Below, piece by piece: positions 38,719-51,199 of a DNA stretch of 64,000 bases. The notes beneath the pieces were generated by a model. It did no database searches and was not told the origin of the DNA. It saw nothing but the letters and a program-made list of their open reading frames with translations. The stretch is from contig CAXXJJ010000004.1 in NCBI GenBank assembly GCA_963667015.2, positions 1,312,001 through 1,376,000 of the forward strand, written 5' to 3'. Positions within the stretch are counted from its first letter, which is position 1, and each line of letters opens with the position of its first letter. The DNA comes from Desulfatiglandales bacterium. Lineage in GTDB: Bacteria > Desulfobacterota > DSM-4660 > Desulfatiglandales > HGW-15. A program made the position numbers and the translations under genes.

Positions 38719-40107
38719 TTACTCCGGCAGGATAACACCCTGTTTTTTGAGGGTATCGTGCAAAGTCGGAAACTTTATATTTCTGACACTGACGTTATCA
38801 TTTACTGCTATGGCAGCTGCATTTCCGGCTGCCTGTCCAAAGCACATGCAATGAGGTATCAGGTTAAAATTGTCATTCACGCAGTCTTCCGAGGAGAAGG
38901 CGCGACAGGCGACCAGCAAACCCTCTACATTTTTAGGAACCAGGCTCCGATATGGAATATACATCCTCGGATGTTTAAGGGATAATTCACCGCGGTCATT
39001 ATCGGCAAATACAGCTATAGTGTCTTCAAAAGGTTCGTCTTGATTCATGTCTGTTTCGGTAAGCATGTATTCGCCGACTATGCGCCGTCCGCCTGTGGTG
39101 CCAAGCTGAGGGGCGGTAAGCATGATATAGCTCTTTTCAAAGCCCGGAACATATTTTTTAAAAAATTCCCATGTAATCAGGGCTCTTTTACGGCTGTTCA
39201 TGTCCACCCGTGTCATCTCCTCAACATCAGTCTGGCTGGTGCACCTGATATGAGGGTGAAACCAGATGACGCTTTCCTGATTTTTTAATAATCCTTTAAA
39301 ATAATATGTGAAGCCTCCCAGGTTTGCGAGTTCCTTCATCAATTCATCGTATTTTTGAGGCTGTGACTTCCTGAACTCGTCGACTTTTTCGAGATCAACG
39401 CTGGTTATCCAGAAACAAAACGCCAGATGAGAAATCCTGAGGCCGGGTCTGATTTTATCGATGTATTCGACTCCGGCCAGCGGTAAAAGATCACCGTCGC
39501 CGGTAGAATCTATTACGACCTTTCCCATGACCGCCTGCCTGCCGGACTTGCTTTCAAAGACAACACCCTTAACCCTGTTACCATCCATAACAGGCTCGGA
39601 ACCCCATGAGTGAAGCAGTACTTTAACCTTTGCCTCCTCCACCATGGTGTTTAATTCATCCTTCATCACTTCAGGATCAACCAGTACTGTATAAAGCGTA
39701 ATTTCTTTGCCATCCGGCCCTGTTCGCACGAAGAAATGACGAAGGTTGGCATCAAGGTAAGTGTCAACCACCTTTCGGTCAGTTGAACCCCAGGCACCCT
39801 TATCCGGATACCTGGTAGCCTGCCTGGTATCGAGTCTGTCGATCAACTCCTGGCAGAGTCCTGCGATTTGCTGTTTTCCGTATATATCGCCAAGGTTCGG
39901 GAATATATTAACCAGTCCACCGGTAGCCATTCCGCCCAGATGCCCGTACCTTTCTATCAGTACGGTACTGGCGCCTGCCCTGGCTGCGGATACAGCAGCG
40001 CTGAAACCTCCGGGACCCCCACCGACTACTACAACATCAAAATTTCCGATTACCTTGATTTTTCGGGATGGAATAGAGATTGTCCCTGCCATTTGTTCAC
40101 TCTCCAT
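38719..40107 (-). CDS. FAD-dependent oxidoreductase (FAD_oxidored family)
   Basis: DVVVVGGGPGG, LGGMATGG, IDSTGDGD, RRIVGEY, IPYRSLVP, GQAAG. Confidence 0.93.
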   Translation of the reverse strand: MESEQMAGTISIPSRKIKVIGNFDVVVVGGGPGGFSAAVSAARAGASTVLIERYGHLGGMATGGLVNIFPNLGDIYGKQQIAGLCQELIDRLDTRQATRYPDKGAWGSTDRKVVDTYLDANLRHFFVRTGPDGKEITLYTVLVDPEVMKDELNTMVEEAKVKVLLHSWGSEPVMDGNRVKGVVFESKSGRQAVMGKVVIDSTGDGDLLPLAGVEYIDKIRPGLRISHLAFCFWITSVDLEKVDEFRKSQPQKYDELMKELANLGGFTYYFKGLLKNQESVIWFHPHIRCTSQTDVEEMTRVDMNSRKRALITWEFFKKYVPGFEKSYIMLTAPQLGTTGGRRIVGEYMLTETDMNQDEPFEDTIAVFADNDRGELSLKHPRMYIPYRSLVPKNVEGLLVACRAFSSEDCVNDNFNLIPHCMCFGQAAGNAAAIAVNDNVSVRNIKFPTLHDTLKKQGVILPE

Positions 40108-40140
40108 AATTCAGTGTTATACCCTTTTTGAGTGTTCAGA

Positions 40141-41551
40141 TCAGGCAGTTTTTCCGGAAGCAGCCATTGCTGCTGCCGCGCGTTCCTGGTTTTCCCTGGC
40201 GTATCTTGCGGCATCAGCGTCGGTAATTTTGTAGAAGAACTGCATTATTATGGCTGCAATTAAACAGAACGCTGCAGGAAACAGTCCAAACATCATCATG
40301 AATTTATCGATGAATTCGGGTGTTTGTTCCATATTCGGCTGATATCCGATCTTCCCCAGGACAATCATAGGAACAGAGCCGCCGATCAGCAGACCGATCT
40401 TGAAAGGTATATTCATCATGCCATTGGCTACCGAGCGGTTGTCCTTGCCTGTCTTATGCAGATGGTACTCGCCGGTGTCAATTGTATAATTGGCATTAAA
40501 ACAAAAATAGAAGTACATTGTTAAAAAGAAAAAACTGTAAAAAATTATATAGGCAACAGCAGATGTCCGCGCAAAAAAGTAAACCAGGACCAGCGCCAGG
40601 CACTGGCAAAGCAAACCTGTAACCATAGCAGTGTTTTTTGCCCAGCATAACGCCGATTTTCGGACCTATAAATGCTCCCTGCAATAGCAACCAACGTTCC
40701 GGCATTGTCATAGAGTATGTCATCAGCATTACGTCGCCCAGAACATAGGTAAAATAATGGACTGCAAGAGTCATTATTGTGTACTGGGCAATATAAGAAG
40801 AGGACATAACCAGGATCAGAATAAGCAGCTGGTCATTCGTCACCACTGATATGATCATATCAATAACCCTGACGCCCGGGCCGGAACTTACCGGGGTAGT
40901 TTCTTCATATTTTCTGGCAGATTTTGCAAGGAAATGACAGCCGAACATATAGGGAAGAACACAGACTATACCCATGACAAAGTATGCATAATTGCTGCCG
41001 ATCACAGGAGTAAGTACTTTTTCAATTATGGGGACAAGAGATATACTGCCGATAAATGTTGCAATTGTAACACCCTGTGTGCCTCTGAATGCCAGCATAT
41101 TCCTTTTTTCCAGGGATGTTCCGCCCATGATTGCAAGGACATTGAACTGAGATGTCTGGATAAAGTTCATTGAAAGATTAATCATGCAGTAGGCAATAAA
41201 TATAATAACTAATTTGACTGTAAGCGACATAGACGATGTATCTGCGAACATCAGGATCACGCCGCAGCCGATCAGCCAGCGGGTGGCGGTTATCCATTTG
41301 CTGTAATAAATGCCTTTTTCCCGTGTTTTCTGAATGATGCCCCCGGACACAAGCCCGGCTGCAACGTCAAAAACACGGGCGATACCCACGACAGTACCGA
41401 CAAGCGCAGCGCTGATCAGCAGATTATCCGTAAAAAATATGTTCATGAATGTTGTAGGCATCATAAGAAAGAGCATCTCGGAAGTCATATAAAAGGCATA
41501 ATTAAAAATATCAGTTCGAGAAAGGCTGCTGGCGTTATTCGTACGGCTCAT
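40141..41551 (-). pseudogene. GPH/MelB-family MFS transporter split by frameshifts (pseudogene or assembly error)
   Basis: N-part 40496-41551 (IARVFD..AG) and C-part 40141-40626 (DT.EY....TG, K.G..IG, FYKI) join through indels near 40630-40710. Confidence 0.8.
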
Positions 41552-41933
41552 GTATCGATCTCCTTAATAAAAAAACATGAAACATCTACAGGTTCATAAA
41601 TTTTAACAGGTTTAATAACATGAAAGACTTTAATCCGCCTTTGCATTAAAGCTATGGCGGACAAGATGCAGTAATACGTCATACACGGACAGAAATAATG
41701 GACTAGGTTTAAAATTATTGGATTGGAAAAGCAAGAGGTTTTTCAATGATCAGTAAACAGTAATAAATTATTAATGAAAAAAGAAGACTATAGGCTTTCA
41801 GGGAAAGATACAAACCTGAATTCTCTTATCAGGATAGTCGTGGAATGACGAAAAACCTGATAAGGTTATAGCCCGTCATTCCACGTTTTTGTGCGTCAAA
41901 TACAGCAACAGTATCCCGAAAAAATGACAGGGT

Positions 41934-42470
41934 TTACCACGCCGGATTTTTAGCGGGTCCCCTCCATTTTTCATTGCCTTCATTATAGATAACACGTTTA
42001 CTGAAAAGCCACTCGCCATTAACCTTTATCATTTCATCCTCATAATGTCCGTAGCCGTCTAAAGCAGGTTTTTTGTCAGGGTTATCGTTGCCATAATGAA
42101 ACCAGTAGGACCGTCCATAAGCCTTGTCACCATCTATTTTAATAACAATATTGGTTATATTATGACGTCCCGAAGTAGGTACATCAGAATGATCAAAAAC
42201 AGCTCTGGACTCTTCAATCGCTTTTCGAATAGCATCACGGCCCTTGACCTGGTACTCGATAATATCCAGAACACCGTCTTCGGTGAATGTAGACACATAG
42301 GTGTCAAGATCGAAAAAATCCAGGGCAAAAAGGTAACGTGCCTGCAGGTCTTCGATCATGGCGCGGTCTTCAGCGTAATTACCTGCTTCTTTTTCAGCAG
42401 GAGCACATGCACCAAGTAACAGGGTAACTGCAGCAATAAAGCCGAATAAAATTCCTAAGTATTTCTTCAT
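41934..42470 (-). CDS. NTF2/SnoaL-like lipoprotein
   Basis: Lipobox LGAC; DR..IEDL.ARY..ALD, FTEDG, GR.AI, H.ITN, G.Y.D, GEW.F..R. Confidence 0.9.
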   Translation of the reverse strand: MKKYLGILFGFIAAVTLLLGACAPAEKEAGNYAEDRAMIEDLQARYLFALDFFDLDTYVSTFTEDGVLDIIEYQVKGRDAIRKAIEESRAVFDHSDVPTSGRHNITNIVIKIDGDKAYGRSYWFHYGNDNPDKKPALDGYGHYEDEMIKVNGEWLFSKRVIYNEGNEKWRGPAKNPAW

Positions 42471-42637
42471 TTGATTTCTCCTCTATTTATTTTCTATTCC
42501 CATCCTGTCTTTGTGCCACAAGGCAGCACAAGCCAGTTTGCCTCAATAAGGCGAAAATCATTCCAGTCTCTTTATGTAGTTTTCCTTTTATCACGCTTCC
42601 GATTCACTATGATTATGATCAAGCTGTAAATCGTCAT

Positions 42638-43987
42638 TTAAAAGCTGTTTTTACGCCTGCGGTATTCCCTCAACAGGAATGCCAGAATAACAACAAAGCC
42701 AAGCACATCGGAAATGGGAAGCGCAAGCCAGATTCCTGTCAGGCCAAACAGATACTCAAGCAGGTAAAGTAAAGGAACAAATAGAATAAATTGCCGGGCC
42801 AGTGACAGCCATAAAGCCATTCCGCCCATTGATAATCCCTGAAAAGCCGTGATAAAGAGGATACTCGGGCCGATAAAAATCATTGCCGAAAGCATAACAC
42901 GCATGCCAGGCACAGCGACCCTGAGTGTTTCCGGATCTTTTATGAAAATACCGGCAACTTCCGGTGTCCATATTTCATATATGACAGTAAAAACCGCAAG
43001 GAGAATAACGATACCAATTGATGAGAGCTTAATTGATTTCCAGAGTCGTTCCTGGTTTCCTGCCCCGAAGTTATAACCCACCACTGGCAGCAAGGCGTTT
43101 GATACTCCCATAATCGGCATAAATGCCAGGTCTGAAAGGCGTATTGCAATACCTACCGCAGCGATTGGTACTGAACCATAAATTGATACCACATTGTTAA
43201 AGAGAACAAAGGCAAGACTTTCTGTTACCTGCTGAATGGATGCAGGTGCACCAACACGGTATATTTTTTTTATTATCAGCCACCTGGGTATCAGACTCTC
43301 CCTGTCAAACCTGAAAGTGGTCCTGTTACCCAGAAGATAGTAAATACCAAGCAGCATACCGGCCCCCTGGGCTATAACCGTGGCAAGTGCTGCTCCTTTT
43401 ATTCCCATCTCGGGAAAAGGCCCAAGCCCGAGAATTAAAAAAGGATCAAGTATTATATTTAAAAAACTTGATGTTATCATGATTATTGTAGGCTTGACGA
43501 TATCACCCGAACCCCGGATAAGACTCCCGGCAAGCAATACAAATACATTGGCTGTGGCGCCAAATGAGGTAACAACAAGGTATATCTTTGCAAACTTCAT
43601 GATATCCCCGGTTGCCCCAAAGGCAACAAGGATTTTATCAGGAAACAGTATCGCAGGTACAAGGAAAATCAGACCCCAGAAAATGCTTAAACAAAAAATC
43701 TGACCGGCCGCCAGATTTGTGGCTTTTATGTCCTTCTCACCAAAGTGTCTGGATACAAGCGCTCCAATACCGGTGCCCGTACCCAGGCCGACTGCCATGG
43801 CAAGTATCTGATAGGGAAATACAATGGTAAGAGCCGCTATTGCCTCATGCCCAAGTCTCGATACCCAGAATGTATCAACAATATTATATAAACTTATGGC
43901 AATGGTAGCCGCCATACCGGGAAGGCTTAATTTAACAAGCAGTGATGCCAGTGGAGCGCTTCCCAGACGCTCGGTATGCTTCTGCAT
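42638..43987 (-). CDS. MATE family efflux transporter
   Basis: LYNIVDTFWV, NIILDP.LI.G.G.FPEMGI.GAALAT, GYNFGA. Confidence 0.95.
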   Translation of the reverse strand: MQKHTERLGSAPLASLLVKLSLPGMAATIAISLYNIVDTFWVSRLGHEAIAALTIVFPYQILAMAVGLGTGTGIGALVSRHFGEKDIKATNLAAGQIFCLSIFWGLIFLVPAILFPDKILVAFGATGDIMKFAKIYLVVTSFGATANVFVLLAGSLIRGSGDIVKPTIIMITSSFLNIILDPFLILGLGPFPEMGIKGAALATVIAQGAGMLLGIYYLLGNRTTFRFDRESLIPRWLIIKKIYRVGAPASIQQVTESLAFVLFNNVVSIYGSVPIAAVGIAIRLSDLAFMPIMGVSNALLPVVGYNFGAGNQERLWKSIKLSSIGIVILLAVFTVIYEIWTPEVAGIFIKDPETLRVAVPGMRVMLSAMIFIGPSILFITAFQGLSMGGMALWLSLARQFILFVPLLYLLEYLFGLTGIWLALPISDVLGFVVILAFLLREYRRRKNSF

Positions 43988-44345
43988 AAATCCCTCTGAA
44001 TTAATAATTTGGAATAAGAACAGTTAATAATGTGAACAGTGATGTTAATTAACTTTGGCTATGCTGTCAATCTTCAGATTACAATATTGCCATCTTTATA
44101 ACTCAAATAGTTTTGAGATGATTCAGATTATTTTTTACTCAGATTCCTTATATCGCTTATTTCTTCGGCATCTTCCGGTATTTAATAAAAGCAGCCGCCA
44201 GGTATACAGCATATTGCTTCCCGTACCGGTCCAGCCTGAACCCTGTTCCCTTACACTCCGACAGGTAACAGGAGACACTTCAAGTGTCCGAGCCAATATG
44301 TATGATCAGTTATTTGTTAGATTATGAAAACAGGCGTTTTAAAAG

Positions 44346-44380
44346 AAAGTTTCAGGACAGTCTTTTGTCCTGAAACTTTT
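44346..44380 (-). terminator. Terminator after cold-shock gene
   Basis: AAAGTTTCAGGACA ... TGTCCTGAAACTTT hairpin. Confidence 0.8.
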
Positions 44381-44401
44381 TATGGCTGATATTGCAGTTA
44401 A

Positions 44402-44605
44402 CTATATCACTGTTACATTTTTTGCAGTAGGACCTTTCTGCCCCTGTTCAACATCAAATGAAACCTTGTCTCCTTCTTTAAGGGACTTAAAACCCGTTGA
44501 ATTGATAGCTGAGTGATGGACAAAGACATCTTTACCACCGTCTTCCTGTTCGATAAAACCAAAGCCTTTTGAGTCGTTAAACCATTTTACTGTACCTTTA
44601 GCCAT
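44402..44605 (-). CDS. csp: Cold-shock protein (CspA family)
   Basis: [29 protein letters not shown]. Confidence 0.97.
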   Translation of the reverse strand: MAKGTVKWFNDSKGFGFIEQEDGGKDVFVHHSAINSTGFKSLKEGDKVSFDVEQGQKGPTAKNVTVI

Positions 44606-45102
44606 GTTGGCAATCTCCTGAATAAAATTACTAGTTTCAAATCACGGGCCAATCCCACTTTGTTACCAGAAAGTGCACTGCATATTCCAGATAACTCTCC
44701 CCATAATTATGATTTTTGACAAAAAATCAAGCTTTATTCGATAATTATGAAAAAAAAGATAAATGCAAGATTACATTTCAGGGAGATCAGACACCGGTTC
44801 AGATCTTTAAACAACTTTTAAAAAAGGTAATATGCCCACAGATTCATAGGTTTAACAGGATTTGGATTATTGACTTATTGATAATAGTTATGAAGTATTT
44901 TATAATTTCTGATTAGATTGTTATTATACTCTAATGGGAGTAATGGCAAGTTAGCAGCTCATTCAAGTTTAGCCTTAATTGTTACCTGTACTGACCTTTC
45001 ATGATCCTTTAGCAGGCCATAAAAACATCTGAGTCGAAAAGCATAAAACAACCCAAAGCAGCCTATTTCATTTTGGCAAAATCTGGCAGACAGGGGGCTC
45101 AA

Positions 45103-48100
45103 ATGCCTAATAAATTCACCTATAAAGAACTGGAAAAATCTAATTCAGAACCTGAAAAAAAAGAAGAATCTCTTAAAAATAGCATTCTGGCTATTACCAT
45201 ACCGCTTAATGGTCTTGAAAACATCAAGTTTAAAGACCTGTTTAATATTGATGATATTCAACAATTGCAGGACGAATTTGCCAATGCCACAGGTGTAGCC
45301 TCAATCATCACCACTATAGATGGAACCCCGATAACCAAACCCAGTAATTTCTGTCGCCTATGCAGCGACATTATTCGAAAAACTGATAAGGGTCGTGTCA
45401 ACTGCTATAAATCCGATTCAGTGATAGGAAGCTTATCTCCAGGCGGGCCAACTATTCAGCCGTGTATGAGTGGTGGACTCTGGGATGCTGGCGCTGCCAT
45501 TTCAGTAGAAGGAAGGCACATCGCGAACTGGCTGATAGGCCAGGTTAGAGATGAAACTCAAACAGAAGAAAAAATACGGGAATATGCAAAGGAAATAGGA
45601 GCAAATGAGGCGGCTGTAGTAGAGGCATTCAGGGAAGTGCCCGGAATGTCCCGGAAGAAATTTGGGCAAATTGCTCAAATGCTCTATACCCTTGCAAACC
45701 AGTTATCCGCTTCAGCATATCAAACTCTACTGCAGGCGCGCTTTCTTGAAGACAGTAAAAAGGCAGAAGATGCATTGAAAGAGGGGGAAGCACAGCTGCA
45801 CACATTTATACGGACCATTCCTGATCTGGTGTGGTTGAAGGATAAGGATGGGGTATTTCTATTATGCAATCATAAATTTGAAAGACTTATAGGAGCAAAT
45901 GAGAAGGATATAGTAGGCAAGACGGATTATGATTTTGTGAATAAGGAACTGGCAGACTTTTTTCGGGCGCACGACAGGCTTGCAATAGAAAAAGGAGAAC
46001 CCATTAGAAATGAAGAACAGGTTACCTATGCGGACGATGGACACCATGAAATCCTGGAAACTATCAAAACACCAATATACAGAGAGAACGGCCAGCTAAC
46101 TGGTGTATTGGGGATCGGGAGAGATATCACGGATAGAAAAATTTCCGAAGAAACAACACGCCTTAATGAAGCACGGCTTCTTGCCCTTTTAAAGCTTAAT
46201 CAAATGACAAAGGCACCGCTAAAGGACATAACAGACTTCGCGCTTGATGAGGCTGTTAGATTGACCGGCAGTAAAATTGGATACCTTGCCTTCATGAACG
46301 AAGACGAGACTGTCCTGACTATGTACAGCTGGTCTAAAAGCGCAATGAAAGAATGTAGAATTGAAGATAAACCAATTGTGTATTCTATAGAAAAAACCGG
46401 GCTTTGGGGTGAGGCCGTCCGGCAAAGGAAACCGGTTATAACAAATGACTACTCTCAAGAAAACATTTATAAAAAAGGCTATCCTGAAGGTCATGTAGCT
46501 ATCAAAAGTCATGTAAACATTCCTATTTTTGATGGAGATAAAATCGTAGCAGTAGCCGGTGTCGGCAACAAAGAAGAAACATATAATGATCTGGATGTTC
46601 AACAGGTGAGTTTATTGATTCAGGGGATGTGGATGATTGTAAAACGACAGCGGGATGAGGCATCATTGCATGAAGCCTACAATATTATCAATAGAAGCCC
46701 CGCAGTTACTTTTCTCTGGAAAAATGCCGAAGGATGGCCCGTAGAATTTGTTTCCGATAATGTAATAAAATTATTTGGCTATACTGCAGAAGAATTTATT
46801 TCGGGTAAGATCTCCTACGAGAAGACAATAGACCCACATGATATAGAAAGAGTAATGGAAGAAATTCGAATCAGCAGTGAAGAGAAAAAGAATGATTTTA
46901 CCCATAAACCATATAGAATTAAAACTAAAAACGGAATGACAAAGTGGCTTGATGATATGACATTCATACGGAGAGATGAATATGGAAATATCACTCACTT
47001 TGAGGGTATCGTCCTTGACATTACTGAACGTGTGAAGGCTGAGGAAGAAAGAGAAAAATTACGGAAGAAATTTCAAAGATCTCAGAAAATGGAATCCCTG
47101 GGTCTTCTGGCAGGTGGCGTGGCCCATGACCTGAATAACATACTGTCTGGAATCGTCAGCTACCCGGATTTACTTCTTCTTGACCTTCCTGAAGACAGCA
47201 GCCTCAGAAAACCAATCCAGACGATACAGGAATCCGGCAACAAGGCGGTCGACATTGTTCAGGACCTGCTGACCATCGCAAGGGGTGTCGCATCAACCAA
47301 GGAACCATTGAATATTAATGATTTTGTAGAAGAATACCTGACCTCACCCGAGTATAATAAACTTGTACAATTCAACCCCACGGTCAAGGTTAACTTAAAC
47401 CTTGATCCGGATTTGCTGAATATCAATGGATCCCTTATTCACATAAGAAAGGTTATAATGAATCTTGTATCAAATGCTTCAGAGGCTATTGAAGAAAGCG
47501 GGAATATATATATATCAACAGAGAACCGCTATATTGATACTCCGCTGAAGAGATATGAGGATGTTAATATAGGGGAATATGTAGTTCTATCTGTGTCTGA
47601 CGACGGTCATGGCATTCCATCCGATGACCTTGAGAAGATTTTTGAACCGTTTTTTACCAAGAAGATAATGGGTAGAAGCGGTACTGGTTTGGGTTTAGCA
47701 GTCGTCTGGAATATTTTACAGGATCATGATGGATACATAGATGTTTTAAGTACTGGAAATGGAACAACATTCGAATTATATTTTCCGATTATCAGAGAGG
47801 CATTTGTTCATAAACCCTTGTCCATACCCATAGAAGATCTGAAAGGAGATGGCGAGAAGGTCCTGATCGTCGATGACATTCAAACCCAGAGAGAGATATC
47901 ATGCTCAATATTAGAAGCATTGGGTTATAAACCCGTTCCGGTTTCAAGTGGTGAGGAAGCGGTTGAATATCTGAAGGAAAATACTGTTGATTTGGTTTTA
48001 CTTGATATGATTATGGAGCCGGGGATGAGCGGCAGGGAAACCTATGAAAAAATTATTAAAATACACCCCAAACAAAAGGCCATCATCGTCAGCGGATTCG

Positions 48101-48213
48101 CTGAGACAGATGATGTAAAGAATGCTCAGAAAATAGGAGCAGGCCAATATATTAAAAAACCTCTAACGTGGGAAAAAATAGGAATAGCCATCAAAAAAGA
48201 GCTTAAGAATTAG
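45103..48213 (+). CDS. Hybrid sensor histidine kinase (PocR-PAS-GAF-PAS-HisKA-HATPase-REC)
   Basis: PocR (SNFCRLC..IIR...G..NC), [35 protein letters not shown] receiver. Confidence 0.95.
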   Translation: MPNKFTYKELEKSNSEPEKKEESLKNSILAITIPLNGLENIKFKDLFNIDDIQQLQDEFANATGVASIITTIDGTPITKPSNFCRLCSDIIRKTDKGRVNCYKSDSVIGSLSPGGPTIQPCMSGGLWDAGAAISVEGRHIANWLIGQVRDETQTEEKIREYAKEIGANEAAVVEAFREVPGMSRKKFGQIAQMLYTLANQLSASAYQTLLQARFLEDSKKAEDALKEGEAQLHTFIRTIPDLVWLKDKDGVFLLCNHKFERLIGANEKDIVGKTDYDFVNKELADFFRAHDRLAIEKGEPIRNEEQVTYADDGHHEILETIKTPIYRENGQLTGVLGIGRDITDRKISEETTRLNEARLLALLKLNQMTKAPLKDITDFALDEAVRLTGSKIGYLAFMNEDETVLTMYSWSKSAMKECRIEDKPIVYSIEKTGLWGEAVRQRKPVITNDYSQENIYKKGYPEGHVAIKSHVNIPIFDGDKIVAVAGVGNKEETYNDLDVQQVSLLIQGMWMIVKRQRDEASLHEAYNIINRSPAVTFLWKNAEGWPVEFVSDNVIKLFGYTAEEFISGKISYEKTIDPHDIERVMEEIRISSEEKKNDFTHKPYRIKTKNGMTKWLDDMTFIRRDEYGNITHFEGIVLDITERVKAEEEREKLRKKFQRSQKMESLGLLAGGVAHDLNNILSGIVSYPDLLLLDLPEDSSLRKPIQTIQESGNKAVDIVQDLLTIARGVASTKEPLNINDFVEEYLTSPEYNKLVQFNPTVKVNLNLDPDLLNINGSLIHIRKVIMNLVSNASEAIEESGNIYISTENRYIDTPLKRYEDVNIGEYVVLSVSDDGHGIPSDDLEKIFEPFFTKKIMGRSGTGLGLAVVWNILQDHDGYIDVLSTGNGTTFELYFPIIREAFVHKPLSIPIEDLKGDGEKVLIVDDIQTQREISCSILEALGYKPVPVSSGEEAVEYLKENTVDLVLLDMIMEPGMSGRETYEKIIKIHPKQKAIIVSGFAETDDVKNAQKIGAGQYIKKPLTWEKIGIAIKKELKN

Positions 48214-48319
48214 ATTTACATTTCAGCACTCATCCTTTTCGGGTGATTTGAGCTAAACTTAAATTATTAAAAAGTTGAACTTCTCCACCCTCTACATCGC
48301 ATCCATATATCCGGTGATC

Positions 48320-48756
48320 CTATTTTCCTGACATCACCCTGTTAACATATGTTGTAAATTCATTTGAATATTTATCATAATTAATTGATGTCCAGTTGCT
48401 TCTGTACATTTTATAAAATAATTTTTTTCTGAACATGCCGTCCCATTGCATCCAAATATCATCCGACATCTCCCCCCTGTTATGATAGTGAAATGCTTTT
48501 TGCCAGAATTCCCAAAAATCAAATCCCCTGTTAGTAACCTGCTTTTTATCAGGCTCCGGGTTTCCGACAAACATACTGTCTTTATACCTGTTTCTTGCTT
48601 CCTCTTCATAAAGCAGGCGCAGTTCATGGGCACTTATCATGGCTTCAGCCAGTTCCGGATGACTGAAGGCCAGAGAAATCATTTCATTGTTCAGTGCCCT
48701 TGTTTTATTTGCCAGCTGTATCTTTCGCTCCTGATAGGTGCGTATGGTCTTGCCGT
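48320..48756 (-). pseudogene. 3' fragment of a hypothetical gene, 5' end lost
   Basis: Frame stays open upstream of the ATG at 48682 (KTIRTYQERKIQLANKTRALNNE-M) into the end of the neighbouring ORF, with no RBS/start. Confidence 0.5.
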
Positions 48757-49173
48757 GCTATAGGAAATATAATTGAATATCGGCCCCAGTATCCATTGGT
48801 GTAGATGGATTTCAGAAGAAAAACTCCCATCCTGTTTCACATAAACATTTTTCCCGCAGACCTTGATGGTCAACGCATTATTGAAAAAGGGAAGCCCTAA
48901 CCGAGTTGCTGTGGATGAAATGTCTATGGATCGGATTTTTTCCTTCATTAACTCTATTGTCCTTTCAATATCCTCTTCTATTTCATTTGTTTTTTTAGTG
49001 TACCCTCCATACTGATCAATTACATCTTTTCCAAGCCTGGGACATTCATCCAGATTTTTTTGTCCCCTGGCTACAGTTGCTGCAAATGCCAGGCATGTAG
49101 CATAATTACTTTCTCTGCAATTTGATTTATCCAGTATCTTAATGATGTCCATCGTATTATTGAGTTGTGCCAT
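48691..49173 (-). pseudogene. Truncated Fe-S-binding/DUF3786-type protein
   Basis: ILDKSNCRESNYATCLAFAA...CP (one ligand Cys appears replaced by Ser); the second domain appears to stop abruptly near 48760. Confidence 0.65.
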
Positions 49174-49400
49174 GGGATTTCCCTCTTTTATTGTATTTAC
49201 CCATATTAAATACAACACAACTTTATAAAAAAAATCCCCCATATGAGGGATTAATGTTAAAGATAAAACCTATTGAACTTGCCCCGGACCTGGAAAACCT
49301 GAGCGATTTTTTAAGTCCTATTCCCTTCAATGTTATATACAGGGTGATTTGAATAAATATTTTTATAACCCTGTTAACTTTCTTATGGTACTCTTAGGTA

Positions 49401-49553
49401 GTGCCCATCCAAAAACTGTCGTTTTTGAATAGCCGCGGTCAGCTGTCAGCGTTCAGCTTTTGGCTAAATGCTTTTAAAGCAGAGCTTTAGCTGACGGCTG
49501 ATAGCTGAATGCTGAAAGCTCCATCCGGATTTTTGTTATTTCTGGATGGACAC
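49401..49553. mobile_element. MITE-like element flanked by TA
   Basis: TIRs GTGCCCATCCAAAAA / TTTCTGGATGGACAC, TA on both sides, internal inverted 7-bp repeats. Confidence 0.75.
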
Positions 49554-49555
49554 TA

Positions 49556-50771
49556 GTGTCATGTCAACAATCAAAGGTCGGATAAAGTCGTTTTAGTTTA
49601 ATACGAGCATTATCTGTAGTGAACTGCCAATTTACCTTTGCTTTTTTGTTGTTCCTAGCTTTTTGCCAGGCATCCACTTCTTTTCTGACAGTATCAATGT
49701 CTTCGATTCTTCTTTTAAGACATTGCCCTGAAAGTACATTTAGTTCTATTTCCGCCATGTTCAACCAACTCCCATGTTTAGGAGTATATACAAATTCAAA
49801 TTTATCCCAAATGGCTTTTGCTTTTTCAGGAGAAAAGGTTTCGTATAAGGAGCCAGGAGTATGAGTGTTCAGATTGTCCATTACCAATGTTATTTTTTCG
49901 GCATCCTTATATTGCTCAGCTATCTTTTCTACAAAATGAGCCCAGTCCTGTTTCTTTTTACTTTCCGTGACGGCCACCATTCGTTTTCCTGCAAGTGGCT
50001 CACAAGACAGGAAAATATTACATGTTCCATTGCGTTTATATTCATAGTCATGCTTCATAGGTTGTCCTGGTGATGCAGGGATTGGAATCCTTGTCTCCCC
50101 AATAAGCTGTTTCGGTGATTCATCCATGCATACAACTGGAAATCTTGGATTAAAAGGGCGCTTGTAAACATCCAAAACCATTTCCATGTTTGCGACAAAA
50201 GCGCCACTTCCATTAGGCGGTATCACCCAACCTTTTCGTTGCCATGGTTTGATTTCGTTTTTTTTAATATCCGTCTCACTGCTTCATGAGAAATACCATC
50301 GATGTAATTGAGTTCAACAACCTTATCAGCCAACATCCTTAATGACCATCGTGCAAAACCTTCTGGAGGGTCGCTGCAACTCAAAGCAATTAAATGGGCT
50401 TCAAAATCTCCATCAGCTTTTTTCTTATATGCTCGACTTCCTTTCGTGCCATTGAGTGCTATATCAAACCCTTCTTCGACAAAACGCTTCTTTACTCTGT
50501 CGATTTTTTTCATGCTTATCTTTAACACTCGGGATATTTCTTCATTTATAGATCGTGTTGTCTGAAATTCACCTTCATCGCATCCGAGTAAAATTAGTGC
50601 ATTAAGTATTTTCTGAGATCTGTGTTTGCCCTTTGATGATATTTTTTTTAGCTCTGTCCGCTCCTCTTTGGTTAAGGTCACAATATATTTTTTCATATTC
50701 ACCTCTTTTAAAGGTTAAACATGAAAAAAGCATACCATACATTTTACGACATTACAAGGTTGACGTGACAC
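49556..50771 (-). mobile_element. IS630-family insertion sequence
   Basis: TIRs GTGTCATGTCAAC / GTTGACGTGACAC, TA duplication in CTAG context, two-ORF transposase. Confidence 0.95.
49564..50702 (-). CDS. IS630 transposase, two ORFs joined by -1 programmed frameshift
   Basis: HTH ORF (RWSLRMLA) and DDE ORF (VCMDE, MDNLNTH, WLNMAEIE); A8 run at 50258-50265 gives LKKN-EIKPW. Confidence 0.93.
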
Positions 50772-50805
50772 TAGGTAATTAAAATTTAAAAAACGGAGGG
50801 TTAAA

Positions 50806-51189
50806 ATGCATCAAATTAATAAGCACACTATTTTATCTGTCCTTACGATGGTTTTTGTCTTCGGCACGGCATTTGCCTTAGCCCAGGGGTCAGGAGAAAA
50901 AGACCTGAAGCTGTTTTTTAAACAGCACTGTGTAAAGTGCCATGGAGCGGACGGGTCAGCCCATGATGAAAAAGGTGAAAAGCTTAAAGGCGAGGACTTT
51001 ACTGACCAGGAATGGCAGCAGGATACAAGTGATGAAAAAATGGTCAAGGTTATAATGAAGGGGATATTTTTCGGTCTGGCCATGCCTTCTTTTAAAGATG
51101 AACTCACAAAGGAAGAGGCAGAAAAACTGGTTACCGAGATTGTCCGTAAAAGCAAAAAGGGAAAAATCATTGCTCCGGACACCAAATAA
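50806..51189 (+). CDS. Monoheme c-type cytochrome
   Basis: Signal peptide, CVKCH, distal AMPSF. Confidence 0.93.
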   Translation: MHQINKHTILSVLTMVFVFGTAFALAQGSGEKDLKLFFKQHCVKCHGADGSAHDEKGEKLKGEDFTDQEWQQDTSDEKMVKVIMKGIFFGLAMPSFKDELTKEEAEKLVTEIVRKSKKGKIIAPDTK

Positions 51190-51199
51190 AATAAACAGT

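Noticed and set aside
44055..44327. Possible gene remnant between MATE and csp
   Set aside because: Short open stretches on both strands but no identifiable family.
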